64,000 bases of DNA, taken from NCBI RefSeq assembly GCF_036321535.1, contig NC_087436.1:94118001-94182000 (forward strand), in the 5' to 3' direction. The translations under genes were made by a program, and so were the position numbers. The notes under the pieces were generated by a model that saw only the letters and a program-made list of their open reading frames with translations, ran no database searches and was not told the DNA's origin. Shown here one piece after another: positions 1-12,720 of the stretch (position 1 is its first letter; each line of letters opens with the position of its first letter). Source of the DNA: Camelus dromedarius (lineage: Eukaryota).

Positions 1-330
1 GGAATGGGGAATGCTATGACCCCTCACTGTGGACAGCTGTTCCAGGCTGCTTTATGGATTGTTTCTGCCACCTCATAACTTTTCTCCAGGCAACAGGTCA
101 CCCCAAAGACCCCAGTTACTACCTCTGTCCCAGTGTACACTCAGTGTCCCTCTGCCCTCTCCCCCCATGACACTGCTAACCCCAGAGTTGGATACAGATC
201 ATTTTTCTGAAGGCTTGGGAGGAGCAGGAGATTACTGAACAGAAGGGCTGGAAATCAGCAAGCAGATTTCACAGCGGCGAAGTCTGATGATGAGCCGGTA
301 TAGTAGAGCGTACTCATGGGCAGAGGCTCT

Positions 331-1065
331 AGGGAACCCTCCTACATTGTTGGTGGGAAGGTAAATTGGTGCAGCCACTATGGAGAACAGTATAGAGAGT
401 CCTTAAAAAATTAGAGTTACCTTATGATCCAGGAACCCCACTCTGGGACATATATCTGGAGAAAACTAATTTGAAAAGATGCATGCACCCCAGTGTTCCT
501 AGAGTCACTATTTACAATACCCAAGACATGGAAGCAACCAAATGTCCATTGACAGATAAATGGATAAAGAAGATGTAGTGTATCTGGACACAGTGGGATA
601 CTACTCCAGCCATAAAAAAGACTGATACAATGCTATTTTCCGCAACATGGATGGACCCAGAGATTATTGTACTAAGTGAAGTAAGTTAGACAAAGACAAA
701 TACCATATGATATCACTTATATGGAATCTAAAAAACGACACAAATGAACTTATTTACAAAACAGAAAGAGACTCACAGACACAGAAAACAGAATTATGGT
801 TACCAAAGGGGAAGGTAGGCAGGGGGAGGGATAAATGAGGAGTTTGGGATTAGCAGATACAAACTTACATAAACAAAATAGACAAACAAGCTCCTACTGT
901 ATAGCACAGGGAACTATATTCAGTAGCTTGTAATAATCTATAATGAAAAATTATATATATATATATATATATAACTGAATCACTATGCTATAAACCAGAA
1001 ACTAACACATTGTAAATCAACAATACTTCAATTAAAAAAAAAAGAGATAGAGAGAGAGAGAGAGA
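331..1065 (+). mobile_element. 5'-truncated LINE-1 3' end with A/(GA)n tail
   Basis: L1 ORF2 C-terminal and 3'UTR sequence, similar to 31040-31740. TSD gcagaggctct at 320-330 and 1066-1076. Confidence 0.9.
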
Positions 1066-1972
1066 GCAGAGGCTCTGGAACCCAAGTCCTGGCACTACCG
1101 AAAAAGAGCCTTTTCTTGGTGATGAGCGATCCTGGTTGTTTACAGTGGCCTCTGTTCTGGTTGGTTAGAATTCACACCCACATCTGTTCTGATTGGTCAG
1201 TGTCTGCTGTTGTCTATTTGTGTTTGCTATCTGCACCATTCTGGTTATTAAACATTTTTAATATCAGCTTCTTACTTGGTGCTTAAGTTGTAGCATATTG
1301 CTTAAGCATTTTTGTGACTCCATTTCCGCCTCTTGCCAGAGGCCACAAAACTCTGTGGTATTGGAGTAGGGGAAGCTTCTTACTGCGGTGACTGGCATCT
1401 AGAGATGGATAGGAGGAAGCTTAGAAGATGAGATAGCTCTGGACATTGGTGCTGAAATAGATCATCAGCCTATTAATGAGACTGGGGCCTGAATGGCACC
1501 ATAAAAAAATCCTAAACTCATATAACTATTTGCTGACAATTACAGTTTTATGAGGGCAAAATTCATTTGTAGTCAATGTTATAAAAACTCCTTACAGTCA
1601 CTCCTTGCAGGAAAACAGCTTGCTGTCACCTGCCCCAGGTGAGTGAATTTCAGATGAGTGAGCACCAGAGGAGTCTCTGGAAATTAGATGAAGAGGGATG
1701 TACTGGGAAATTGACAGAATTATAAAAAGCTGCTGCTTTAAGACTAAGCTTGCATCAGAGGAAGAACTCACAATAGATTTAACTATATAAAAATGTAAAC
1801 TTTTTTGTTTAAAAAATCATAAAGTGGCTAGCTACAAATCAAAAATATGTATGTTACAAAATTAGGCAGAAAAAAGCTTAATCTCTTTAATGTATAACTT
1901 ACACCAGTTATTAATGTTGGGGGGGAGGCTGTTTAAAAGGGTAGAGAAAGCATTGTCTTTGTGCCCTAATTT

Positions 1973-3719
1973 AAAAAAAAATCTTATTGAGGTGCAGTTG
2001 ATTTATACTGTTAGTTTCAGGTGTACAGCAAAGTGATTCAGTTATACATATACGTGAATTATATATATATTTTTTCTTTTCAGATTCTTTTCCATCATAT
2101 GTCATTATAAGAAGTTGAATATAGGTCCCTGTGCTACACAGTAGGTCCTTGTTTATCTGTTTTATAAATAGTAACGTGTGTCTGTTAATCTCCAACCCCT
2201 AATTAATCCCTGTCCACCCTTTCCCATTTGGTAACCATAGTTTGTTTTCTAAGTCTGTGAATCTGTTTTTGGTTTGTAAATAGATTTTGCATCATATATA
2301 TTTTTTAATTCCACATGTAAGTGATTTGATATTTACCTTTCTCTGCCTGACTCAATATGATGATCTCTAGGTCCATCATGTTGCTGCAAATGGCACTATT
2401 TCATTCTTTTCTATGACTAATATTCCATTATACACACACACACCCCTATATATATACCACTTTTTCTTTATCCAGTCATCTGTCAGTGGATGTTTAGGTT
2501 GTTTCCATGTCCTCACCGCTGTAAATAAAGCTGCTGTGAACATTGGAGTGCACTTATCTTTTCAAATTACAGTTTTCTCTGGGTATACGCCCAGGAGTGG
2601 GATTGCTGGATCATATGGTAAGTCTATTTTTAGTTTTTTAAGAAATCTCTATACTGTTCTCCATAGTGGCTGCACCAATTTATATTCCTGCCAACAGTGT
2701 AGGAGGGTTCCTTTTTCTCCACACCCTCTCCAGCATTTATTCTTTGTAGACTTTTTCATGATGGCCTTTCTGCCTGGTGTGAGGTGACACCTCATTGTAG
2801 TTTTGATTTGCATGTCTCTAATAATTAGCAATGTTGAGCACCTTTTCATGTGTCAGCTGGCCATCTGCATATTTTGTTTGGAGAACTGTCTATTTAGGTC
2901 TTCTGCCCATTTTTTGATTGAGTTGTTTGTTTTTTGATATTAAACTGCATGAGCTGTTTGTATATTTTGGAAGTCAGTGCCTTGTCAGTCATGTCATTTG
3001 CAAACATTTTCTCCCATTCTGTAGGTTGTCTTTTCATTTTGTTTATGGTTTCCTTTGCTGTGCACAAGATTTTAAGTTTAATTAGGTCCCATTTGTTTAT
3101 GTTTGCTTTTATTTCCATTACTCTAGGAACTGGTTTGAAAAAAATATTGCTGAAATTTATGTCAAAGAATGTTCTGCCTATGTTTTCCCCTAGGAGTTTT
3201 ATAGTATCTGGTCTTACATTTAGGTCTTTAATCCCTGTTGAGTCTCTGTTGAGTTTATTTTTATACATGGTCTTAGAGAATGTTCTAATTTTATTCTTTT
3301 ACATGCAGCTGTCCAGTTTTCCCAGCACCACTTATTGAAGAGACTGTATTTTTCCATTGTATATTCTTGTCTCCTTTGCATAGATTAATTGAACATAAAT
3401 GTGTGGGTTTATTTCTGAACTTTCTATCTTGTTCAATTAATCTATATGTTTGTTTTTGTGCCAGTGCCATACTGTTTTGATTACTGTAGCTCTGTAGTTT
3501 AGTCTGAAGCCAGGGAAAGTGATTCCTCCAGCTCCATTCTTCTTTCTCAAGATTATTTTAGCTATTCAAGGTCTTTTGTGTTTCCATACAAATTAAAAAA
3601 ATTTTTTTTCCAGTTTTGTGAAAAATGTCATTGGCAATTTGATAGGGATTACACTGAATCTGTATATTGACTTGGACAGTATGGCCATTTTAACAGTGGT
3701 GAGTCTTCCAATCCAATGG
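1973..3719 (-). mobile_element. 5'-truncated LINE-1 (ORF2 3' part + 3'UTR)
   Basis: Minus-strand ORFs resemble L1 ORF2 ([14 protein letters not shown]..., [13 protein letters not shown]). Candidate TSD gccct(a/g)attt at 1963-1972 and 3720-3729. Confidence 0.9.
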
Positions 3720-4287
3720 GCCCTGATTTTTTTTTAATGGCCAAAGAACATGAGTAGACAGAACAGAGAAAGTAAATGTAAATGACTTAAATTTTTCCTG
3801 AAAAAAAATTCTGCCCCATTGATAACTAGATAAGTTTAAATTAAAAAAAAAAAAAAAAGAAGTAACATATATAGTATGTTAGATGGTGGTAAGTGCTAGA
3901 AAGAAAAGTAAAGCCAGAGAGGGTAGGGTCTCAAAGATGGAGAATGGCAAGTACTCTTTTAGACAAGGTGGCCAGGGACGAGTAAGTAACTGAATGAGAT
4001 GAAGGAGTGGGCCATGCAGATATCTTGGGAAAGGGCTTCTCAGTAGAGATGCCTGAAACTGCAAAGGCCCTGAGGCCAAAATGTGGCTGCTGTGTTCAAG
4101 GAACAGCAGAAAGGTTGAATGGCTAGAACAGAATAAGCAAGGTAGAGAGTAATAGAAGTAAGGTTAGAGAAAGGGTGTGAAGGCCAGATGATATAGGGCC
4201 CTGGAGGTCATTGTAAGAACTTCAGCTTCAACTTATAATAAAATTGGAAGCCACCAGAGGGTTTGGGGAAAGGAGGGTGTAATCTGC

Positions 4288-4858
4288 TGTATCCGTTTGC
4301 TAGGGCTGCTGTAACAAAATACCACAGACTGAGTGCCTTACACAACAGGAATTTAATTTCTCACAGTTCTGTTTTTTTTGTTGTTGTTGTTGTTTTTTTG
4401 TTTTGTTTTTCAAGGGGAGGTAATTAGGTTTATTTATTTTTTAATAGAGGTACTGGGGATTGAACCCATGCTAAGCACAGGCTCTACCACTGAGCTATAC
4501 CCTCCCCCACCCCTAATTTCTCACAGTTCTGGAGGTTGCAAGTTCAAGATCAAGATGTGGGCAGGCCTGGTTTCTTCTGAGGCCCCTCTTCTTGGCTTGC
4601 AAATGGTCACCCTTCTGGCTTCATCCTTCCATGGTCTTTCCTCTGTGCATGTGCAGCCCTGTGTCTCTCTGTATGTCAGTTTCCTCTTCTTATAAGAACA
4701 CTAATCAAATTGGACTAGGGCCCAGCTCGATGCCTCGTTTAACTTAATCATTTCTTTAAAAGTTCTACCTCCAAATAGCCAAATAGAGTTACATTTTGAG
4801 GTACAAGGGGTTAGGGCTTCAACATATGAATTTGGGGGACACAATTCAGCCTCCAACA
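4288..4858 (-). mobile_element. MLT1-type (MaLR) solo LTR
   Basis: tgctagggctgctgtaacaaaataccacagactg...ttctcacagttctggagg...gggggacacaattcagcc, typical of antisense MLT1. Confidence 0.8.
4372..4513 (-). mobile_element. tRNA-derived SINE (camelid-type) inserted in MLT1
   Basis: Reverse complement reads gggggagggtatagctcagtggtagag...ggttcaatccccagtacctc...cctaattacctcccc plus an A-rich tail (Pol III A/B boxes). Perfect 18-bp TSD taatttctcacagttctg at 4354-4371 and 4514-4531. Confidence 0.92.
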
Positions 4859-5579
4859 ACTGATTTACAGTTTAACAGCATCATTCTCACTGCTGGGCTA
4901 AGAACAGACTCTAGGTTCCCAAGGGCAGAAGCTGGGAGACTGGGTAGGAGGTTATCACAACAACCCAGACAAGAGATAATAGTGGTGGGACCAGGTAATA
5001 GTGGTGGATGAAGTAGAAGGGGTTGGATTCTGATCATTTTGAGGATAGGTACAGCTGACTGGATTGATTGATGGATTGAATCCTGGATAGGAGAAAAAGA
5101 TGGGAGTAAAGGATGACTCTAAGGATTTTAGCCTGAACAACTAGGGTAAAGGTTCTCAGTTATTGATGAGGGAAGAAGACATAGGTTTTTAGCAGGTATG
5201 GGGTTGGGGGGGCAGTAGTGATATCAGAATCTTTGTTATTTGGACATGTTAAAAATGAAATCCCTGTCAGACATCCAGTAGAGAGGTGGGGAAGGTAGTT
5301 GGATCTGTGAGTCAAGTTCAGGGGAGAGCTCAAGGTGGATGTAAAGAATTTTGGAGTTAAATAAATTAATTAATTAATAGAAAGAATTTCGGAGTTATCA
5401 GCAGTTTTTAAGACTCTATGAGGTCACCAAGAAGGTGAGTGTGGATTGAAAACAGATGGAAACTATCATCGCCAGTCAGGATTCAATGCACTGGACAAAT
5501 AGACCGCTGACAAGCAAACTAATTGGCACAATATTGCACGAAAGCCCCTTGGAAGTATGTATTGAGAATCTTAAAAATA

Positions 5580-6080
5580 GCTTTGGTGGGTGTTCATTCT
5601 CCCTTTGACCACCCAGCATCTGAACCTCTTTATGAAATAAAATCCACTTCCTAACATGGAAGTTAAACTTGCCAAGAACTTGTTTTCCTAGTCTCCCTTG
5701 TGGCTCCAATCTAGGCTTTACCTAGCAGATATATGACCTGGATCGAGTGCCGCTGATGTATAGAAATGGGGACTTTATGAAACACCTCCTGGCAAAGATG
5801 GCAGCAACAGAGGTGGCAGATGAGTTGGTTCTGGGGCCTGTGTCCACTGTCCAAGCTCTACAATATCTGTACTAAAGACTGTAGAGTCCGTGCCCTGCAG
5901 TGATGGCCATGCTGAATTGATATGATCAGCTCTGTCATGCAATTGGAGGCATTGTTCCTGGCCAGGGTTGTCTTGTCTGCCCTGAGATTCTGTGCACTAG
6001 TCACAGGCCTTTCAATAAAGTAAAATTAGTTAATTAATTCTGCATAAATGAGTCAGAGTTGGGTTTTTGTTGCAACTAAC
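5580..6080 (+). mobile_element. Old ERVL-type LTR (LTR16/LTR33-like)
   Basis: Motifs cccagcatctgaacc... and ...aataaag...gagttgggtttttgttgcaact resemble old ERVL LTRs; family uncertain. Confidence 0.45.
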
Positions 6081-6295
6081 ACTTGATTTTTTAAAAAGTC
6101 AAATCTTTTTTAAAAATTAGATCTTTGGACTCAGTAATTCTGCTCCAAGAACAAGGCTGTATAAAATTCTAAGATTTATCTTCTTTCTTTGCATTTATCA
6201 CCTTCTAACATACCAGGTATTTGACTTCCCCCACAAGAATGGGAGCTGCGTGAGTGAAGGGTTATTTGTCTGTTTTGTCCACTACGACATCCCCG

Positions 6296-6856
6296 TGGGC
6301 AGCGGACTCTAAGATGGCACCAGTGATCCCCATATGCTGGTGTTCTGCCCTGTGTAATCTCATCCCTGGAGTGTAGGCTGGATGTATGGACTTGCTTCTA
6401 ACAAACTGAATACAGCAAAAGTGTCACTTTGACCTTAGGCTATGAAAAGTCAGTGACTTCTGCCTTGAGAATTCTTTCTCTCTCTTAGACCACTTGCACT
6501 GGGGGAAGCCGGCGGCCATGTTGTGGGGCAGCCTGGTGGAGACATCTCAGCAGCAAGGAAGTGAAGGAGGCCTCCAGGCAAGAGCTAGCAAGGAACTGAG
6601 GCCCTTAGCTCAACAGCCGTGAGGAAGAGAGGCCCATGCGAGTGAGTTTAAAAGTAGATACTCTTCTAACTGAGTCTTCAGATGAAACTATAGCCCAATG
6701 GTAGTACAACCTCATGAGAGACCTTACATCAGAGGCACTTACGCATGCCATGTCCAGAGTCGTGACTTACAGAAATTGTGAGATAGTAAATGTTTGTTGA
6801 TTGAAATTGCTACGTTCTGGGGTAACTTCCTATTCAATGGTAGATAACTAGTATAC
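6296..6856 (+). mobile_element. MLT1 (E/F-like) LTR inserted in an L2 3' end
   Basis: ctctaagatggc...gatcccc start; agaaattgtgagatagtaaatgtttgttg...tagataactagtata end; L2 3' sequence on both sides. Confidence 0.7.
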
Positions 6857-7239
6857 CCCAGCACATAAAACAGTGCTCTGTAGACACTAGCTGAATGAGT
6901 GAATAACAAATATATAGCTAGATGCAGAAGAAAATAGAAAGAAAATATCCGAAATCATTGATAGTGATTGTCTCTGGATAGATCTGTAGGTCTATGGATG
7001 ATGATTTTTAAGTATTTATCATTCTCATACTTTGTCCCAGCTTTTTATTGTGATATAACGCAAAGGCATAAGACTGCATAAAAGAACAGCTTGATGGAAT
7101 ATTATAAAATCAGGACCAATGTAACCAGGTGAAAGAATAGAACATTGCCTGCATCCCAGAATCATGAGATTCTTTTTAAAAACTTTTTTTCTGCATAGTC
7201 CCCCCTCCAAATTCATGTATAACTTTTTTTCTATCAATT

Positions 7240-7530
7240 CTTTTTTCATTTTTAAATTGTGTTTAAATACACATAGCATACAATTCACCATTTTAACCAT
7301 TTTTAAGCATACAGTTCAGTAGCGTTAAGTATATTCACATTGTTGTGCAACCAAAATCAACCTCTAGAACTTTTTTTCATCTTCCCAGACTGAAACTTTG
7401 AACCCTTTAAATGCTAACTCCTTATTTCTCCTTCCCTTCAGGCCCTGACAACCACCATTTTGCTATCTGTCTCTATGAATTTGACCACTAGGTAGCTCAT
7501 ACCTAGGGGAGTTATAGAGTATTTGTTCTC
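7240..7530 (-). mobile_element. Old L1M 3' end fragment
   Basis: caattcaccattttaaccatttttaagcatacagttcagtagcgttaagtatattcacattgttgtgcaacc is an L1MB-like 3'UTR in antisense. Confidence 0.75.
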
Positions 7531-7899
7531 TTTATGAATTACTTCTTAAATTTAAAAAGCTAATTAGCATTTACAAAAGAAAATTGAACTCATAAGAACC
7601 AGTTAAATTTGGTTGAATCCCCATGATGCACAGGGATCGACAGTTCAAACAGGATTTAATCTGCTCCCTCAATGTCTCAACAGGACAAGACTTAGCAATT
7701 TCTTGGCAAAGACATATTTTTTGTATATTCTTACCGTTCCCATTTCCTCAAACCATTGTGGATGAGAGTGGAGCAGAAGTTCCAGAACAGAGGAAATATT
7801 TAGGGATGCCAAAACATCACAGTGGACCTGTCACCTCACCCCAGTCACCCTTGGCCTGGAAATGTTCATACCAGGACAAGAACTACAATAGGACTATTA

Positions 7900-8115
7900 A
7901 TAATTAATTATACCAGTTAGCATTTCTTAAACACTTACTGTAGTCTAGGTCCCATTTAAGAGCCTTATATGTATTAACTCATTCAGTCTTTACAGCAGTT
8001 CATTGTGGGACAGATATACCCATTATAACCATTAACCTCATTTTGCAGATGAGGAAATTGAGGCACAAGGAAGTTGAGTAACTTACTCAAGATCACACAG
8101 TAGAAAGTGGAGCTG
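7900..8115 (-). mobile_element. MIR SINE (continues at about 11305-11350, split by an L1)
   Basis: Core cattttgcagatgaggaaattgaggcacaaggaagttgagtaacttactcaagatcacacag. Confidence 0.8.
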
Positions 8116-8120
8116 GTTTC

Positions 8121-11100
8121 GTGTTTCCTGAAGTAGGCTTGTAGCACTATAAATTTCCCTCTTAGAACTGTTTTTGCTGTGTCCCAGAGGTTTTGGATCA
8201 TTGTGTTTTTGTCTTCATTTGTCTCAAAGTATGTTTTTTATTTCCTCTTTGATTCCGTCAGTGAGCCACTGGTTGTTTAGTAGCATATTGTTTAGCCTCC
8301 ACATGTTTACAGTTTTTGCAGTTTTTTTCTTGTAGTTGATTTCTAAACCTCATAGCACTGTGGTCAGAAAAGATGCTGAGTACGATTTCAGTTTTCATAA
8401 ATATACTGAGGCTTGCTTTGTGGGCCAGCATGTGATCAATTCTGGAGAATGTTCCGTGTGCACTTGAGAAGAATGTATATTCTGTTGCTTTTGGATGGAA
8501 TGCTCTATAGCTATCAATTAAGTCCATCTGGTCTAATGTGTCCTTTAAGGTTGGTTTTTCCTTATTGATTTTCTGTCTGGATGATCTGTCCATTGATGTA
8601 AATGGGGTGTTAAGGTCCCCCACTATTTATTGTGTTATTGTTGATTTCTCCTTTTATGTCTGTTAACAATTGCCTTATATATTGAAGTGCTCCTGTACTG
8701 GGTGCATATATATTTACAATTGTTATATCTTCTTCTTGGATTGATCTCTTGAGCATGTAGTGTCCTCTTCATCTCTTGTAACAATCTTTATTTTAAGATA
8801 TGTTTTGTCTGATATAAGTATTGCTACTCCAGCTTTCTTTTGGTTTCCATTTGCATGGAATATCTTTTTCCATCCCCTGACTTTCAGCCTGTATGTATCT
8901 CTAGCTCTGAAGTGGGTCTCTTGTAGATAGCATATATATGGGTCTTGTTTTTGTATCCATTCAGCCAACCGTGTCTTTTGGTTGGTGCATTTAATCCATT
9001 CATGTTTAAGGGAATTAATAATATGTATGTTCTTATTGCCATTTTGTTGATTGTTTTGGGTTTGTTTTTATAGGTCTTTTTTTCCCCTTTCTTCTTTTTG
9101 TTCTCTTTCCTTGTGGTTTGATGACTGTAGAGTTACAATGGTTTGCAGTTACCATTGGGCTTTGGTATAGAAGCCTATATATATATACAAGATTATATTA
9201 AGTTGCTGATATTGTAATTTCAAATGCATTTTAGATACCCTGCATTTGTACCCTCCTCCCCTCATGATTGCTTTTCTTGTTTCTAGTTGTGGCCTTTTCT
9301 TTTTTTACCTAGAGAAGTTCCTTTAACATTTGTTGTAAAGCCAGTTTGGTGGTGCTGAATTCTTTTAGCTTTTGTTTATCTGTGAACTCTTGATTTCTCC
9401 ATCAAATCTGAATGAGAGCCTTGCTGGATAGAGTATTCTTGGTTGTTTTTCCCTTTCATCACTTTAAATATATTGTTCCACTCCCTTCTGGCCTGTAGAG
9501 TTTCTGCTGAAAAATCAGCTGATAACCTTATGGAAGTTCCCTTGTATGTTATTTGTTGCTTTCTCTTACTGATTTTAATATTTTCTCCTTATCTGTAATT
9601 TTTGTCAGTTTGATTACTGTATGCCTTGGTGTGTTCCTCTTTAGGTTGATCCTGTGTGGAACTCTCTGTGCTTCCTTGATTTGGGTGACTGTTTCCTTTC
9701 CCAAGTTAAGGAAGTTTTCAGCCATAACTCTTCAAATATTTTCTCAGGTCCTTTCTGTCTCTCTTCTCTTTCTGGGACCCCTGTAATGCAAATATTAGTG
9801 CACTGTATGTTGTCCCAGAGTTCTCTTAAACTATCCTCATTTCTTTTCATTCTTTTTTCTGTTCTGTAGCTGAGATTTCCACTAATTTGTCTTCTAGCTC
9901 ATTGATCTGTTCTTCTGCCTCATTTAGTCTATTTTTGGTTCCTTCTAGTGTGTTTATTTCAGTAATTGCTTTCTTCAACTCTGTTTGGGTATTTTTTATA
10001 TTTTCTAACTCTTTGCTAAAAACTTCTCCCTGTGCAACTGTACTCCTTCTGAGACCTCTGAACATCTTCACCATAATTACTCTGAACTCTTTCTCAGGTA
10101 GATTGCCTATCTTCTCATCACTTATTTCTTCTTCTGGGATTTAATCTTGTGCCTTGGCCTAGAAGATATTCCTCTGCTGCTTCATATTGTCTAAATTTCT
10201 ATTTGTATTTTTAGGTAGGTTAGTTATGTTTCTCGACCTTGGGGAAGTGGCTCTCTGTGGGAGATGTCCTATGCATCCCAGCAGTACACTCCTCTCTTGT
10301 CACCCAAGGACCGTGGTCCAGCCAGTCCCAGTGTAGTCAGGCCTGTGTTTGTGTATTCCTTCCACAAGCTTTGGGACTGTTGTTTTCTTACTTCTGGTAT
10401 CTGGCCCCTGTTGGATGAGGCTGGATTAAAGGCTTATGCAGGTTTCCTGGCAGGAGGAGTTGGGGCCTGCCCACAGCTGGGTGGAGCTGGGTCCTGGCCC
10501 TCTGGTGAGTAGAGCTGTGCCTAGGGGTGTGCCTTGAGGTGGCTGTGGGCTCAGGAAGTCTGCTAATGGGTGGGGCTCTGTTCCCACCCAGTATGTTGTT
10601 TGGCCTGAGGTGTACCAGCACTTAAGCCTACAGGCTGTTAGGTGGATCCAGGTCTTGGTGCTAATGACTCAAGCAAAATGTCAGCCTCCAGGAAAGCTCA
10701 TGTAGATGAACACTCCCCAGATGTCCACTACCAGCTCTTATGTCCCCAGGGTGAGCCACAGCTGACCTCTTTCTCCCCAGGAGAACTTCCAAAACCATTA
10801 GTCAAGTCTGGCCCAGGTTCCTATGAAATCACTGCCTCTGCCCTTGGACCTGGCATGTGTGAGGTTCTATGTGCACTTCCCAAGAGAGTGAAGTCTCTGT
10901 TTCCCCCAGTCCTGTGGGGCTCCTGCAGTTAAGCCCCGCTGGTCTTCAAAACCAGATGCTCTGGGATCTCCTCCTCCCAATGCCAGAATCCCGGGCTGGG
11001 GAGCCTGACATGGGGCTCAGAAGTCTCACTCCTGTGGGAGGGCCTCTGTGACTTAATTATTCTTCAGCTTGTGGGTTGCCCACCTCGGGGGTCATGGGGC

Positions 11101-11304
11101 CTAATTATATTGTGAGCACATCCCTCCTACCATCCTGCTGAGGTTCCCTCTTTATGCTTCCAGTTGAAGAGGATCTTTTTTGGTAGGTTCCAGTCTTTTT
11201 ATTTTTTACTGATGGTTGTTTACCAGTCAGTTGTGGTTTTGTTGCAGTTGTGAGGAAAGGTGAATTTGTGGTCCTACTACTCCGCCATCTTGACTGAAAT
11301 TCTC
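8121..11304 (-). mobile_element. LINE-1 with intact 5' end, 3'-truncated (5'UTR, ORF1, ORF2 endonuclease region; decayed)
   Basis: Starts cagtcaagatggcggagtagtaggacc (YY1-type motif). ORF1 remnants (KELENIKNTQTELK) and EN remnants (ICYLQETHF, GDLNTPF, FSRIDHML). TSD aagtggagctg(g/t)tttc at 8105-8120 and 11305-11320. Confidence 0.92.
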
Positions 11305-11355
11305 AAGTGGAGCTGTTTTCAATGCCAGCAGTTTGACCATTGCCCTCGCTCCACA

Positions 11356-11521
11356 CAGTGGTTCTCAAACATGAGTGCGCATCAGGGGGCCTGTTGAAAC
11401 CGATTGCTGGGCCCACCTCAGAATTTCTGATTCAGTAGCTCTTAGATGGAACCCCAGAATTTCTAACACATTCCTAAGTGTGTGTTGCTGCTGGTCTGGG
11501 AACCCCATACTGAAAACTATG
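11356..11521. mobile_element. MER5-type hAT DNA transposon
   Basis: cagtggttctcaaac...gattgctgggcccacctcagaatttctgattcagtag...ctgaaaactatg. Confidence 0.75.
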
Positions 11522-12390
11522 GCTCCTAACAAAGAGTTAAAAGTAACTACATTTACTATGAATCAGGCACCTTATAAGAACAGCAACACTGTGAGGGTTG
11601 TTCCCATTTTACAACTCAAGAACTGAGAGTCAAAAAGATTAAGGGTCTGCTCAAGTTCACAGAGGTGGATTGCTGCTGCAGCCCGTGTTCAAGACCAGCT
11701 TGCTGAATGCCAAAGTCCCTGCCTCCGACACCCACTGTCTCACTGACAGAGCCGGATTGGGTGTTCCAGACAGGATAGGATTGGGCACCTCTTCAAAGCA
11801 ATGTTCAGTAAATATTTGTCATTATTTTAATGGAGGCAGGAGAAATTCCTATTAATAGAATTATACACACCACACACATATATCTTTAAGGTTAAAAAAA
11901 TAGAATGAATCCCCTGCATTGGATGGCACCTAACATTTTAACCTCTGAGACAGTGACTTTCATTTTATATTATTTCTGTCACTCATAACTGGGTGGTAGT
12001 CGATCATCATAGGCATTAAGGTTGACTTAATGGATGTAGTTTCAAAGTCTTGTTCAACATTTTTGTTTCTTTTTTCTTTTCTGATTTTCATGTTGGCTTA
12101 ATATTTACTTCATTTCTAAAGTTCTTTTTATATTTATCAAAGCAGACACATTCTGAGAAAAACTAGTAAAGGGTTTAAGTTTCAGACTTTCAGTTGGTTT
12201 TAGGAACCAGTCTTGTATTGGTATTGACTGATTCGTCTCAGAGTTGGTGGGGTCTTTAATTGGACTACTTGCAATAAACAAGAACCCAGAGAAGAGTTTT
12301 TGCTTCTCATTCAAGGTTGCTGTCTACTTTGGCAAGATAGGGACAAGTTTATATTATATAAAGAATGTTGTGTAGATACCTGGATTAATT

Positions 12391-12720
12391 GGTGCCCTAT
12401 ACTCTTTTTTCCCACTGTTGTTGTGATCCACACTTTTGGCTACCCAACCAAAATCTTCCTTGGCAACAGAGCTCTGCTGTTTGTTCAGTATTGGGATTGC
12501 AACAATGTGGTAAGGGAAGGTGGACCCCTTTCCAGCCCCAGGGGGAAAAATCTGATTGCTCTAAAACCAGTTATGCAAAGGTGTGGTCTAACCTTTGTCA
12601 GTGACTGGTTTAGGGGTGTGTAACCAATTGACCAAGTTTGGGTCAATGAGATGTACAAGGAATACTGCTGGGGCTTCTGGGAAAGATTTTGCTCCCTGAT
12701 AAAAGTAGGGAAAGCCATTC
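12391..12720 (+). mobile_element. Old ERVL-type LTR fragment (LTR16/LTR33-like)
   Basis: gaccaagtttgggtcaatgagatgtacaagg...ctgctggggcttctgggaaagattttgctccctga motif. Confidence 0.55.

Larger units (their letters stand above)
3875..5460 (-). mobile_element. Decayed LINE-2, interrupted by an MLT1 LTR
   Basis: Purine-rich L2-antisense motifs (gccatgcagatatc..., ggaagccaccagagggttt, ggatgactctaaggattttagcctgaacaact). Confidence 0.7.

Noticed and set aside
4440..4510. tRNA gene
   Set aside because: tRNA-like A/B boxes belong to a SINE with tail and TSD; the same applies at 27477 and 45565-45753.
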